Shown here piece by piece: positions 9,934 through 20,878 of a stretch of 64,000 nt of DNA. The number at the start of each line of letters is the position of its first letter. The first letter of the stretch is position 1. Below the pieces are notes generated by a model, which had not been told where the DNA came from, made no database searches, and saw nothing but the letters and a program-made list of their open reading frames with translations. Source of the stretch: Trichomonas gallinae (lineage: Eukaryota); assembly GCA_008369845.1 (NCBI GenBank), contig MRSU01010312.1, positions 1 through 64,000 of the forward strand, read 5' to 3'. The translations under genes and the position numbers were made by a program.

Positions 9934-11475
9934 ATGAGTGAAATCATTCAGCAAGTAACTGATTATGTCAAAGAAATCATTGATGTTGTCGAAGATGAAG
10001 ATATTTTGGCTGATTTATCCACAATACAAGCGAAATTTGAACAAATTGTCAAATCGAAAGATGCACAGAACCAAGCCAGTTCATTTTTGTTACTATGGGA
10101 ACGATTTACTAACACATTTGAACACAAATATCTTCCTAATTTCATCGCATTTCGAGAATTATTCGTTATTTTATCTCAAATACGTAAAAATGGACGAAGT
10201 TTCTCAAATGAAGAATACCAACCTACAAAACTTGTATCAATATATACTAAATCTGTTGAAGATTTTAAGAATTACCTTAACACTTTCAAAGATGCAATCA
10301 ATAACAACACAATTTTGACCGATAGACAATATTTAATATTGGCCCATAAGTTCGGTGATGATATAGAAAATTCAATTGGTAGACAGTTTTTAAGATCTGA
10401 CGTTCCTAACAAAGAAAATTTGATTGAAAAAATCAAAGCAGCCATTTCTTCATTTTCAAGTACGATTGAGAAGTCTTCTACTTACTTGGAGACTCCAGAA
10501 GCAGTCACTGCACTCACAACGATTTTCAACGAATATTTCAAACCAAAATCTAAATCTTCAAAGAGTTCCAGCTCATCGAAGGTTAGATCTCCTGCGAAAT
10601 ATGATGACTATGAAACAACAACAAGGCAAATTCTAACAATTGAACAATTAAAATCAGATTTACAACAATGCAGCAGACGTATCGCAGAGCATGCATCAGT
10701 ATCAAGAGGAGACCTAGCTCACAAACTCATCGATGAAAGCCAATACTTATTAATCCTATCATCAGCTGATATTATTGTTGACGGCGATTATCAAAGAGCT
10801 GAAATGGACAAGCAAATACAGGCATACAAGGATCTGGCTGTGATGATAAACAGAGCGGAAGCAATTCCTTTGGATGTTGACATTGAAAAACTTGAATCAA
10901 TGAACAAACATCAACTAATTTCGATGATTGAATCTCTGATTAAGAAGGAACGCGTCCCATTAGAGCTGAAGGTCTCTAAAGGAGCACCAGATGACTACAA
11001 AGAGCTCGCACGCAGATACGAAGAAGCGCGCAAGTATAACGAAGAAATAGAAGCAACAGTTCAAAAGTTAAACGTTCAAATCAACCAATTGAAAAACGAA
11101 AACAAGAGACTTAAAATTGAATATGATTCTGCAAATAATACAAAAATTTTGAGAGAAAGGATAAAAGAAATAGATCAGAGAAGGGCAGAAATTGCTGACG
11201 AGTTAAGAAGAAACATGATAACTGGACAAACAATGACTGTTCATGGAACAAGGCCAACAGCTGACTTATATCGTGATGAAATAGCTGCACTGAAGAAGGA
11301 AAGAGATGATGCTATTGAACAATTGCAAGAAAACGCAGATGATAGAGCAATGCTGAGAATTAATATTTTAGAAAAGGAAAATAGGGACTTACAAGAACAA
11401 CTTAAGGATAAAATAGATAGAATACAAAAGCTCGAATCACAGATAGAGAAATATAAAAGCAAACGACCATATTAA
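9934..11475 (+). CDS. Hypothetical coiled-coil protein
   Basis: Long ORF with first ATG at 9934 (track uses TTG 9922); E/K/Q-rich heptads in the C-terminal third. Confidence 0.75.
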   Translation: MSEIIQQVTDYVKEIIDVVEDEDILADLSTIQAKFEQIVKSKDAQNQASSFLLLWERFTNTFEHKYLPNFIAFRELFVILSQIRKNGRSFSNEEYQPTKLVSIYTKSVEDFKNYLNTFKDAINNNTILTDRQYLILAHKFGDDIENSIGRQFLRSDVPNKENLIEKIKAAISSFSSTIEKSSTYLETPEAVTALTTIFNEYFKPKSKSSKSSSSSKVRSPAKYDDYETTTRQILTIEQLKSDLQQCSRRIAEHASVSRGDLAHKLIDESQYLLILSSADIIVDGDYQRAEMDKQIQAYKDLAVMINRAEAIPLDVDIEKLESMNKHQLISMIESLIKKERVPLELKVSKGAPDDYKELARRYEEARKYNEEIEATVQKLNVQINQLKNENKRLKIEYDSANNTKILRERIKEIDQRRAEIADELRRNMITGQTMTVHGTRPTADLYRDEIAALKKERDDAIEQLQENADDRAMLRINILEKENRDLQEQLKDKIDRIQKLESQIEKYKSKRPY

Positions 11476-11790
11476 TTATAATTAGTGTTTGTACATTCAA
11501 TCATATATGAGAATATTAAACATCTGTTATAAACTTCTGTTTATTTTTGAGAAACACAAAATATATTTTTTGAAAAATTTCAATTCTAAAATAGAAGTCA
11601 AATACACATTAAGACTGGATATCAATTGTCAAAAATGCTGTGTTTTAATAAGAATATACTGATATTGTTAAATATATATAAGATTTTCAAAAAGTCGAGA
11701 AACTGGACAATTAGCATGTTTAGTGCTCCAATACAAAGTATAGTGTTAATGTTTATTGATATACTAATAATTATAATGATAAAAAATTTT

Positions 11791-12468
11791 CTATAATTTA
11801 TCAAGGACTTCATGTACCTTGGTCATAAGTGTATCCATATCTTTAGGATTAATGGTGAGTAAGTACGTAGTAATTTTGTTTTCTTCTCCAACAGAAGTAA
11901 ATCTAATATTTCTTGTAGAAATTTTATCAAATCTCATTCCTTTGAATAGTCTTGTGTTCAAGCAAACTGATTTGATTTCTTGGCGTCTCATTGTGAATCT
12001 ATAAGCATCTCCAGATTTATTGAAGTGGAAATGGCCTTTACCGCGCTCACTCCATGTTTGAGTAGTTTTATTCTTATCTTTATCTTCTGCCATGACCATT
12101 TCATGCAATATTGCGTTGCAATCTACAAGAACTTCGTCATTTTCTTCTCCTGTAGTACCTTCGACAAACTTATTTGGTCCTTCGATCGCAGAATCGTCAC
12201 CTTCTTCGTCTTGATTGTTCGTAACTTGTTCTTGATTATTTTTCTTGAATGAAGATGATGAAGATGAACCTAATCCAAATTGTTGTGACTCAAATGGTGT
12301 GGTATTGCTAATATTTGTTGAAAAAATCACACCTGTGCCAAAATGATATTTAGTGGCCTCGCTTGGTTTGGCTAATGGTTTGGCTAAACTCGAGAGGTCG
12401 CCACCAAATGAAAATTTTCCGCCAGCCATACTTCCAAATTTAAATTTATTCTCTGCTCCACCGTTCAT
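11791..12468 (-). CDS. FxFG plus Ran-binding domain protein (Nup2/Nup50 or Yrb2/RanBP3-like)
   Basis: FKFG, FSFG, HFG and QFG repeats followed by RanBD motifs TGEENDEVL, WSERGKG and MRR...VCLN. Confidence 0.85.
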   Translation of the reverse strand: MNGGAENKFKFGSMAGGKFSFGGDLSSLAKPLAKPSEATKYHFGTGVIFSTNISNTTPFESQQFGLGSSSSSSFKKNNQEQVTNNQDEEGDDSAIEGPNKFVEGTTGEENDEVLVDCNAILHEMVMAEDKDKNKTTQTWSERGKGHFHFNKSGDAYRFTMRRQEIKSVCLNTRLFKGMRFDKISTRNIRFTSVGEENKITTYLLTINPKDMDTLMTKVHEVLDKL

Positions 12469-12557
12469 TTAAAAATTTTGACAAATAACAAATGTATATT
12501 TTTTAATTTGACATGTAAAATATTATTTAATGAAAGCACAACTATAGTTCATACATG

Positions 12558-12775
12558 AAAATTATATATATTTAATTCAAACAATGATTTCAACGATGCA
12601 TGCACAACATGATACTGCAACATGGTGCGTAGAAATAAAAAAATATGAAAATTGAAAAATTATATATATTTAATTCAAACAATGATTTTAACGATGCATG
12701 TACAGCTTGCTGCTGCAACATAGTACGCTGAAATAAAGAAATATGAAAATTCAAACAATGATTTTAACGATGCAT
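12558..12775. repeat. Diverged tandem duplication, about 98-bp period, about 2.3 copies
   Basis: aaaattatatatatttaattcaaacaatgattt(c/t)aacgatgcatg starts at 12558 and 12656; partial third copy near 12748. Confidence 0.85.
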
Positions 12776-12778
12776 AAT

Positions 12779-13177
12779 TCAATCGAGCTCGTTGTAAGTA
12801 TTTTGAAGAATTTCCTCAATATCTCTTTGTTCTTCGTTTGGATGAGAAGTTTCGAGATGAGATTTTAATTTTTGTATGGCAGTATCAATAACCTGAATTC
12901 TCCTTAGATCTTCATTCTGTTTAATAATAGAATCGTGAGTCTTGAGCTTTGGATTTGTAATATTTTGATTATTCGAACTTAATTGATCCGATTTGCTTTT
13001 TACAATCTCAAATTCCTCGTTTTGCTTCTGTATTATATAATTTCTTACATAATTGTATACTTTGTCTCGCTCTTCTATTTCGATATCTTCTAATTCTCTT
13101 CTAAACTCATCATTCGTTATGTCGCTTAATGGCGTCAGTTCAGCAGGTTTAAATCCTTGATGGGAATTTGTTGCCAT
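12779..13177 (-). CDS. Hypothetical small helical protein
   Basis: 132-aa ATG-initiated ORF with charged helical composition, head-to-head with the gene at 13291. Confidence 0.65.
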   Translation of the reverse strand: MATNSHQGFKPAELTPLSDITNDEFRRELEDIEIEERDKVYNYVRNYIIQKQNEEFEIVKSKSDQLSSNNQNITNPKLKTHDSIIKQNEDLRRIQVIDTAIQKLKSHLETSHPNEEQRDIEEILQNTYNELD

Positions 13178-13290
13178 TACAGCCTAAAAAATGAACAAAA
13201 AAAAATTAAATTTGCCAATGAATATCAAGTTTACATGACAAAATTATATGTTTACGTTTCAAATAACGTTAATTAATTTTTTTTTTCATC

Positions 13291-13579
13291 ATGGATACAA
13301 GACGTGGTGAGTTTAGACGCTGGCTTGACTATGATGGAGTTTTAGACGCTTTTACAAAACGTACGATTTTATTTCTAACAAACAGTCTTTGTAACTATGT
13401 TCGAAGAAGAAAAATGGCCAGATGATCCAATTGAATACGCAAAAAATTTCTTTAAAGCTACACCACAAAGTGAAATCGATGCTGCAGTCGCAGAAAATGC
13501 AAGATTAAAAGAAGAGCTTCAAGCTCTTGAAAAACAAGTTGCTGAAGCGCAGCAAAAAGTCGAAGAAAACGCAGAATAA
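13291..13579 (+). CDS. MYCBP: c-Myc-binding protein (MYCBP/AMY-1)-like; exons 13291-13360 and 13386-13579; 87 aa
   Basis: Spliced product MDTRRGEFRRWLDYDGVLDAFTKLFVTMFEEEKWPDDPIEYAKNFF... follows the MYCBP pattern FRRYL...GVLD.LTK.LV.LYEE..KP. TCATC lies directly before the ATG and the gene ends in TAAA. Confidence 0.85.
13361..13385 (+). other. 25-nt spliceosomal intron (trichomonad short type)
   Basis: GTACGATTTTATTTCTAACAAACAG: GT donor with TCTAAC branch site fused to AACAG acceptor; removal restores the frame. Confidence 0.85.
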
Positions 13580-13894
13580 ACTTTTGTTATGTGTTAGTGA
13601 TACAATGCAATCCAATTATCTGAATATATATTACAGATTTTGAAATATTACGATTTTTTTCCAATAATTTTAAATATATCTAAATATTTGTTGATATCCA
13701 TATGTATAAGCAATATTTTCGTACTCTTGAATAGTTCTCATTAGATATTTCTTAAATTTCAAATATATCATGAATGATGGAAATGTTTAGATATTGTACA
13801 TCGATTTTATATAGGCATTCATTATATTAGATCACACTAACAGTTAAAAAAAGTCAGATTTATTTTTCAAATTGAAAAAACTAGACAAAACATA

Positions 13895-14557
13895 TTAAAT
13901 ACTAGTGGCAAAACCTATATATTTCGTCAAGATACCTTCTATACAATCAACATATCTGATTTGATTATGATTGATTTCATCAATTAAATTTGTAATTTCA
14001 GCCAGTTCATCAATGTATTTCGTTGTCAAGGTTTTATATTCAGTAAGATATTGATTAATCTTGATGTACGATTGAGAAATTATGGGATTTTCATTGAGTT
14101 CATCTCTAAGGTTTTGAATCATTAAAATTAAAAACTCTATCTTATCTCCTTTCTTACCTTGAGGAATATCTGTTATAATCTTGTTCAAATAATCAACAAA
14201 AAGTTTTCCTGAATATATTCGTTTAAATTCATTCCAATCTGACCTATCATCAAGTAAAAAATTCGTCAAATTATCAATAGCTTCATTACCCCTAAAAATT
14301 TTTGAATATGTCAATTCTTGTGCTTCCTTTTTGTTTTTATCCCATAGCAAATACACATTAGTATCTACAGTATCATATATTTTGCATGCAAGTTCCTGTA
14401 ACCGTACATAAACTTCGGAATTAATGTATTTCATTAAAATTGGTGAGAGTCTTATACTGTTTTTAATGGAGAAAAGAGATAACTTAAGACTGTCTAAATC
14501 GCGAATCGTGTCTACATCTAATAATTTATCTCTAATACTGATATTTTCTTCGCTCAT
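13895..14557 (-). CDS. Hypothetical helical protein
   Basis: About 220-aa ORF with first ATG at 14557 (track starts at GTG 14572); no motif recognised. Confidence 0.65.
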   Translation of the reverse strand: MSEENISIRDKLLDVDTIRDLDSLKLSLFSIKNSIRLSPILMKYINSEVYVRLQELACKIYDTVDTNVYLLWDKNKKEAQELTYSKIFRGNEAIDNLTNFLLDDRSDWNEFKRIYSGKLFVDYLNKIITDIPQGKKGDKIEFLILMIQNLRDELNENPIISQSYIKINQYLTEYKTLTTKYIDELAEITNLIDEINHNQIRYVDCIEGILTKYIGFATSI

Positions 14558-14651
14558 TTTTAAATTTGACACTTTTTAATGTTTAAAATTTCCATCATTG
14601 AATGAAAATGAGGGTCTCACACTTTAAGACCCCCTGTTATTTCATTACGAA

Positions 14652-15212
14652 ATGCTGATTCTTGTTATTGGTGATCTTCACATTCCAAGTCGTAGTTACA
14701 ACCTTCCAGCCATATTCAAAGAGAACCTTTCAACAGGAAAGATTCATCAAATTCTTTGCACAGGAAATCTTTGCACGAAAAGTGAAATAGAAATGCTTCG
14801 TAAATTCTGCAGCGATGTACAGATAGTTCGTGGTGAATTTGATGAGGAAGATGTTACTGATTGTGAGCAGCTCTCTGTCATAGTTGGCTCATTTAAGATC
14901 GGTTTAGTCTCAAGTTATACACTTATTCCAGCAAATGACAAGGCTCGCTTAGCTGCAAAGGCAAGAGAACTCGATGCTGATATACTTGCATTCGGAGGCG
15001 GTCACCAGGCCGGTATGTACCAGAGAGATGGAAAATTATACATAAACCCAGGTTCAGCTACTGGAGCATTTTGCGCAGAGAATGCAGAACCTCGTCCATC
15101 TTTCATCCTTCTTAATTTCCAAGGAAATACATGTTTAGCATATATTTATACATTAACTAGCGACGGATTGAAAGTAGATAAAGATACATTCACGAAGGAA
15201 GAACAAGAATGA
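14652..15212 (+). CDS. VPS29: Retromer subunit Vps29
   Basis: LVIGDLHIP.R...LP..FK..L..GKI.QILCTGNL, VRGEFDE and YINPGSATGA. Confidence 0.95.
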   Translation: MLILVIGDLHIPSRSYNLPAIFKENLSTGKIHQILCTGNLCTKSEIEMLRKFCSDVQIVRGEFDEEDVTDCEQLSVIVGSFKIGLVSSYTLIPANDKARLAAKARELDADILAFGGGHQAGMYQRDGKLYINPGSATGAFCAENAEPRPSFILLNFQGNTCLAYIYTLTSDGLKVDKDTFTKEEQE

Positions 15213-15359
15213 TCTAATCAAGGTCAATTGCGGAGAAAATAGAGAAATTTCGATTTTGCATTTTAGTAAATATTATTGATTATTGCTTTATTCTAATACC
15301 CTTAATGCATATGTTATGTGATTGAACTGAGAAACGCAGATTTTGAAAAAAAAATAATA

Positions 15360-15550
15360 GTTTACTTGTCAAAATTTTGAATTTTCTGAACTTTGTTATA
15401 AATCATACAGGTAAAGAAAGTTATTTCGATTTCTTATGGAGTTTTTTAAAAACTTATTTTGGTTTACTTGTCAAAATTAATTTTTAAATCTTGTGTTTTT
15501 TGCTATATATCATAGAGGTAAAGAAAATCATTTCGATTTCGTATGGAATT
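15360..15550. repeat. Diverged intergenic tandem duplication (about 102-107 bp)
   Basis: gtttacttgtcaaaatt at 15360 and 15462, each followed by atcata.aggtaaagaaa...atttcgatttc.tatgga. Confidence 0.75.
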
Positions 15551-15691
15551 TGACAAGTAAATTTTATTTTTGACATGTTGGAAATAAGCAAAGGAATATG
15601 AATGTATATAGAAAATGATTCATCTTGAATAAGTTTAAACGACTGAATTCAACAACCATTTTTATAAAAGTGACGGGTTTCGGTCTTCACA

Positions 15692-16981
15692 ATGTTAATT
15701 ACTGGGAATCTTACTTTTACTTCGCTTAGTTTATCGAGATTACATGGAAGTTCGCTCCTATCATCTAACTCGCGCTTCCAACCACTATTCTTGACTGCAT
15801 CAAAGATAAATCTTCAGAAAATAAATACAAATTTCTTATATTCGACAAATTCTAATATAAAATCCACAATTTCCAACTCAAATTTCAAACAATTTACAAA
15901 TTCCGTGGTCAAAGTTGACTCAGAATACTACTCTACGAAACATTATAAAACAACTTTCGAAAATCAAGAAGCAAATCAAGAATTCAAGTTCGAACAGTGC
16001 GTATTCGAAAAAATTAGAACAAATACAATGGGTGGAGCTATTTCGATCAATTCTCCAAACGGTCGATTTTTCTTGAAGCACTGTGGCTTCACAATTTGCC
16101 TCGCATCATTAAATGGAGGCGCTATAGAGTTCGAAGGCGCTCAATTTGGCATCGATAAGACCTGTTTTCTCGGTTGTTTGGCTGTTCAATCTGGACAAGC
16201 CATGGATTTGCAAGGCAATAACGAGTTTAAGGGCGATCTTACATATGTATCTGTTCAGCAATGTGCAACTGCGAGATCTCCTGGTGCATCTCAATCAATC
16301 TTTTTGCGTCACGGAAATCATTATATTTCGAGTCTAAATTCTTCATCGAACTACGTTAAAGATACTGGTGCATCACTCTGTATCGCTTATACTGACGGTT
16401 TACGACTTCATTTTTCATCTTTTATCGGAAATCATGGCTCGAACAGTTTTTGGCTTCATAGACTGCGTCCATCTGATGAACTTATTACATGTAATATCAT
16501 TAAGAACTCAGGATCCGCTGATCTCGGTCTTCTTAACTTCGAAAATTGCACAGCAAATATAAATGCATGGTACTTCATAGAAAACTCTGCACAAACTTAC
16601 TTCGTTTCAGGTATAGTTACACTGAACAAATGTGCTTTGGATGTTAGAAGAGCTGCAAAATTAATCAGGGGATGTCAGTTATATGTCTCCGAAACTGTTT
16701 GGGGAATCAAGTCTCTCAAATCTTTACCATTATCATCATATATTACTTGGGAATGCTGGGCCATGGGCTCGCCATCACCAACACCTTCACAGTCTTTAGT
16801 TCCAATAGATCACGCTTTGGAGGAAGCTGTACTAGGTGTCTGGGTCTTATTCGTGATTGTTGCTATCGGACTTGTTGCCTTCTACGCAACTTTAGTCGTT
16901 GTCATGAAGGTAACTGATCAGCCAAATGAAAGTGAGTTAAACTTAAATATTTACGACAATCCAGATCGACGTGTGCAATGA
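15692..16981 (+). CDS. Pmp-like / right-handed beta-helix single-pass membrane protein
   Basis: GGAI repeats (GGAISI, GGAIEF), F..N motifs, PSPTPS stalk, TM VWVLFVIVAIGLVAFYATLVVVM, and a short cytoplasmic tail. Confidence 0.75.
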   Translation: MLITGNLTFTSLSLSRLHGSSLLSSNSRFQPLFLTASKINLQKINTNFLYSTNSNIKSTISNSNFKQFTNSVVKVDSEYYSTKHYKTTFENQEANQEFKFEQCVFEKIRTNTMGGAISINSPNGRFFLKHCGFTICLASLNGGAIEFEGAQFGIDKTCFLGCLAVQSGQAMDLQGNNEFKGDLTYVSVQQCATARSPGASQSIFLRHGNHYISSLNSSSNYVKDTGASLCIAYTDGLRLHFSSFIGNHGSNSFWLHRLRPSDELITCNIIKNSGSADLGLLNFENCTANINAWYFIENSAQTYFVSGIVTLNKCALDVRRAAKLIRGCQLYVSETVWGIKSLKSLPLSSYITWECWAMGSPSPTPSQSLVPIDHALEEAVLGVWVLFVIVAIGLVAFYATLVVVMKVTDQPNESELNLNIYDNPDRRVQ

Positions 16982-17797
16982 AAAATGTCGAAAACGTGTT
17001 CTGAGAAGAACAATAGAAATCGAAAGTCGCAACTAGCTGTATTTAAAAGCTTTATGTATGTTATTTGATCTAAAAGAAGTGTAAAGGATATTATATTAAA
17101 CTAGTATCTACAAATATCAATAACATCAATATTCAAAATCAGATATTAATGAAATTTGTTGTGTATTTCAATGTTCGTGTGTTGCTTCTGCTTGTAACAA
17201 AATTGACTATATCTTGATATTTAACACGATATTGCCAACTTTATTGCATGTAGAAACAAATTTTTCGTAAGTTGTGAATTAAATTGAGGTTTTCTTACGC
17301 TTTCAATCTCTTCTGATGGTTTACAACCAATTTGTAGCATCAAAAACATTCAGGAAATACGAAAAACGTAATAAATTATCAATTCGTAGGATAAACTAGA
17401 ATTTTTTTCGAAAACTGAAGCATCAACAGAAAGCAACTTTCTGTTTCATTTGATATCATCCAAGTAGAAGGCTGTTAGTCATTGATATTTGGTGAGAGAA
17501 AAGTTCACCATTAGTAAAATGATAACAAATATTGTAGATATTTTTAGTGGTTTTTATTAATTTTCATTAATTTGCTAATTAATTTATTGAGTTTTTGGAT
17601 ATTTAAATAATGCATTATAATTCATATTAAAATTTGTGCATTATTTTATGATTTTGGATATTGATTGTCGCTAAGAATTTCTGAAACATTGCAAAATTTT
17701 CTTTTTTTCTATTGAAACGAATGAAAATTTTTGCTTTATTTTGTTTTATATCATCTAAATCATCACTATTTGACATCCAAAGAAATCAAAAAAATTA

Positions 17798-18475
17798 ATG
17801 CAAGAAGAACAGATTCGCGAACTCTCCCAAGAAATGAGCACTCTTATGACAGACGAGACATTTCTTCCGTTTGTGGCTTTCGTGAACGTCGTTCCGAAGA
17901 ATTATTCCGAAATTATAGAGAAACCAATTGATTTAGAAATGGTAAAACAGAATTTAGAAAACCATAAGTACTCTCAGTACATAGAATGGTATCGCGACTT
18001 AGAATTAGTTTTTACAAATACTGTTCAATACTATTCTTCATTCGATAAATACTCGCCATATACACCGCTCGCCCAGTATTGCTTAGAAAGAATTAAGGAT
18101 AAATTCGGATTCACATATTCTAGTATCAACGAATGGCTTCAAGCCATAACAAAACAGATGAACGAAATTACCGAATGGCTTAGAAGAAGCCCAGTTCCAC
18201 AGGGTGTAGATCCCATGATACCATCAATTATCAAATACTCGGAAAATAAACCAGAACCTAACGCAAACGCAAAAGCCTATATGGCTGATTACTTTAATAA
18301 GGTTTTAGATGACCCAAGCATCCATAAAAATGTTCACTACATCATCAAAACAATCAATCCTAATTTAGAATTTACAGATAAGTTGGTTATCGAAAACTTG
18401 AATGAGCACACATTATGTGCTTTATATATGTATATGGAAACAGTACGCAAAGCCAGTGTTAATGATATTTTGTAA
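17798..18475 (+). CDS. Bromodomain protein
   Basis: PF...V...YSEIIEKPIDL..VKQNL...Y...W..DL.LVF.N...Y pattern. Confidence 0.88.
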   Translation: MQEEQIRELSQEMSTLMTDETFLPFVAFVNVVPKNYSEIIEKPIDLEMVKQNLENHKYSQYIEWYRDLELVFTNTVQYYSSFDKYSPYTPLAQYCLERIKDKFGFTYSSINEWLQAITKQMNEITEWLRRSPVPQGVDPMIPSIIKYSENKPEPNANAKAYMADYFNKVLDDPSIHKNVHYIIKTINPNLEFTDKLVIENLNEHTLCALYMYMETVRKASVNDIL

Positions 18476-18742
18476 AAATTCTCATATTATTTTTATTGAA
18501 ATCAAAATATAAACAACAAAACTACTACCAATCATCAACTATCAATGAAATAAATATAATAATTTCATCACATTGATTTTGTATCAAATATCAAATTTGA
18601 AAATTTTTATTTTATCAAATTGTTACATCAGGATTGGAAATTTAAAGAAAATGGAGTCAAAGAAATAATTTGATTGAATTAGTTTTGATTTCGGTGAAAT
18701 AATTTTGATATAACATAAATTTAAAAGACAACATATATATAT

Positions 18743-19903
18743 TTATCGATACAAAGAATCAAGCATATCATTGCGATGGTTCAAAGTGCCTAAAGCATCT
18801 CCGATACGCAATAAATAAAATGGCGATGGATCATTGTGTGGAAAACCAAGGAATGTGTAAATAGACTTTTGGTTCTCGTCGTAGTAGATTCCGAAAGAAT
18901 GGATTCTTGGGATCATGAAGAGGCCATTTTCAGTTAATCTGCCATCAGATTTTGTAACTGTTTCTTCGTCCGGTGCAATATAAAACACAAACCAGGAATT
19001 TCTAGAAATGTCGAAACAGTAAACAAGCGTGTAAGTTGTTTCTGATTTTCCTCCAATGAAGAAAATGTACTGCTGTACGATAACCATGCCTCCACATGTT
19101 GTTATGCTGAGAGGTTGCGGTCCAACGGTCTGCATAATCTCGCATATCTTTGATTTGGCGTTAATCTTCATCATTCCAGATGATTTCGATCCGCCAAAAA
19201 TGTATATATTATCACCATACACTACGTGCGGTACAGCTGCACGTCCTGTAATGCTTTGCTGATACGATGACCACGTCAATGTTTTCAGATCAAGAACATG
19301 CAATCGATTTGGCCAGTCTCCGTTGAATCCACCCCAACAGAATATGCAATCGTCTATAACCTCGAATGTGGGGCTGGAGCGGGCAGAAGGAATGTCTCCT
19401 TTCGTATCTAATCTATTAATTTGATAATTCGATAGATCGATCGTATAAAGATCATTAACATAATCAATGCTGTTGTATCCTCCGAAAACTATCAGATAGT
19501 TGCGATAAACAACAGCGGATGAACCAGTTCTTGGTGAAATTTTCGATCCCGTCGTTTTGAGCATCATCCATGTGTGGGTTATACAGTCTAGTCTCCAAAT
19601 ATCGTTAAGGAACACGCTATCTTTGTTAATTCCGCATCCAATATAACATGTGTTCGAAACTTTGTCATAAACCGAAAAGTGGCCAGATCTCGGGACAGGC
19701 GTATGCCCAGCCGGCATCTCTATAGACCATATACCGCTAAAAGGCTGTTTGACTGGTTTTGCGTAACTCGGATCATTATCACTGGTATCTGCAAAGCCGT
19801 GATTATTCACTTCATCATACGACCTTGTTGACGAAATTGGCATATAAACATCGTTAACACTAGGCCTGGTTGGCTTGGGGACTACAGATTCATCTTGCCC
19901 CAT
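18743..19903 (-). CDS. Kelch-repeat beta-propeller protein
   Basis: Repeated PR.G.S...IVFGG...ND.Y..D....W units; MG start suggests possible myristoylation. Confidence 0.88.
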   Translation of the reverse strand: MGQDESVVPKPTRPSVNDVYMPISSTRSYDEVNNHGFADTSDNDPSYAKPVKQPFSGIWSIEMPAGHTPVPRSGHFSVYDKVSNTCYIGCGINKDSVFLNDIWRLDCITHTWMMLKTTGSKISPRTGSSAVVYRNYLIVFGGYNSIDYVNDLYTIDLSNYQINRLDTKGDIPSARSSPTFEVIDDCIFCWGGFNGDWPNRLHVLDLKTLTWSSYQQSITGRAAVPHVVYGDNIYIFGGSKSSGMMKINAKSKICEIMQTVGPQPLSITTCGGMVIVQQYIFFIGGKSETTYTLVYCFDISRNSWFVFYIAPDEETVTKSDGRLTENGLFMIPRIHSFGIYYDENQKSIYTFLGFPHNDPSPFYLLRIGDALGTLNHRNDMLDSLYR

Positions 19904-20248
19904 TATTTTCCTAGATTATATATATTGTTTACCGATTTTTACGGGCGCGAAATCATATTAAAAATGCTTAAAAACTATCATTATCAAGATTATGATTAAT
20001 TTCATATTAAATCAAATTGAAATTTGAATTGAAAATAATCGTATACTTGATAATTTTTTTACCGATATTTTTTTCTTTGTTTAAAATCAGTTTAAAAAAC
20101 CGTTTTTGTTTATCGTTTTTCTCCCCATTTAAATAAATGGAGAAAAAATGACGTCATATTTTAAGACATCAGCGAACTAAACAAGTTTTTCGGACTAAAA
20201 TTCGAACCGCTATTTTTTTTCTTTAGTTTACGAAACGGTTCATTTGTA

Positions 20249-20413
20249 TAGTTTACATATGAAATTGACTAGTTTACAAAATTTGATTTTAGAAATTCTG
20301 ACTTTACGTGGCGGAAGATTTTATGAGCATTCAATAGTTTACATAAGAAATTCAATAGTTTACAAAGTTTGATTTAAGATATTTTGACATTACATGACAA
20401 AAGATTTTATCAG
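20249..20413. repeat. Diverged tandem duplication, about 86-bp period
   Basis: tagtttacata.gaaatt...tagtttacaaa.tttgattt.aga.att.tgac.ttac.tg...aagattttat.ag at 20249 and 20335. Confidence 0.75.
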
Positions 20414-20878
20414 TTCTCAAAAATTTCGAAACCAGACAATCAACATTTTCCTTTTGAAATAACAACACGCAACTGATTATCTATCAATTTACTTTGTTTG
20501 TCCATAATTTTATATTGTATTTGTAATTTTCATTGAAAAAATGAATTCATTTTCCTTAAAATGACATGCAAAATTTCTCATGTAAAAAGTATATTTTTCG
20601 ATTACAATTTCCCAATCTGTTATTTCTTGGAATTTCAATTTTTCCTAAATTAATATTCGTTTTACTGCTTTTATTTTGGTATTTTATATCATATCTGGTT
20701 GTTTATCTATAGATTTTGTTCGCCGTTATTTGATTGTTTGTCATTTTTCGAATTGAGATTAAAAAGATAAAGAGAATAATGGCACATTATTTTACAAAAA
20801 GAATGAATAATCTGTCATGGAACAATATATAAATAAATGGGATGAAAAAACAAAATAATTAAAACATAAATAAAAATC

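Noticed and set aside
14602..14646. Stem-loop (gggtct/agaccc with aatgaaa/tttcatt) before VPS29
   Set aside because: Short stems within a promoter; no RNA family recognised.
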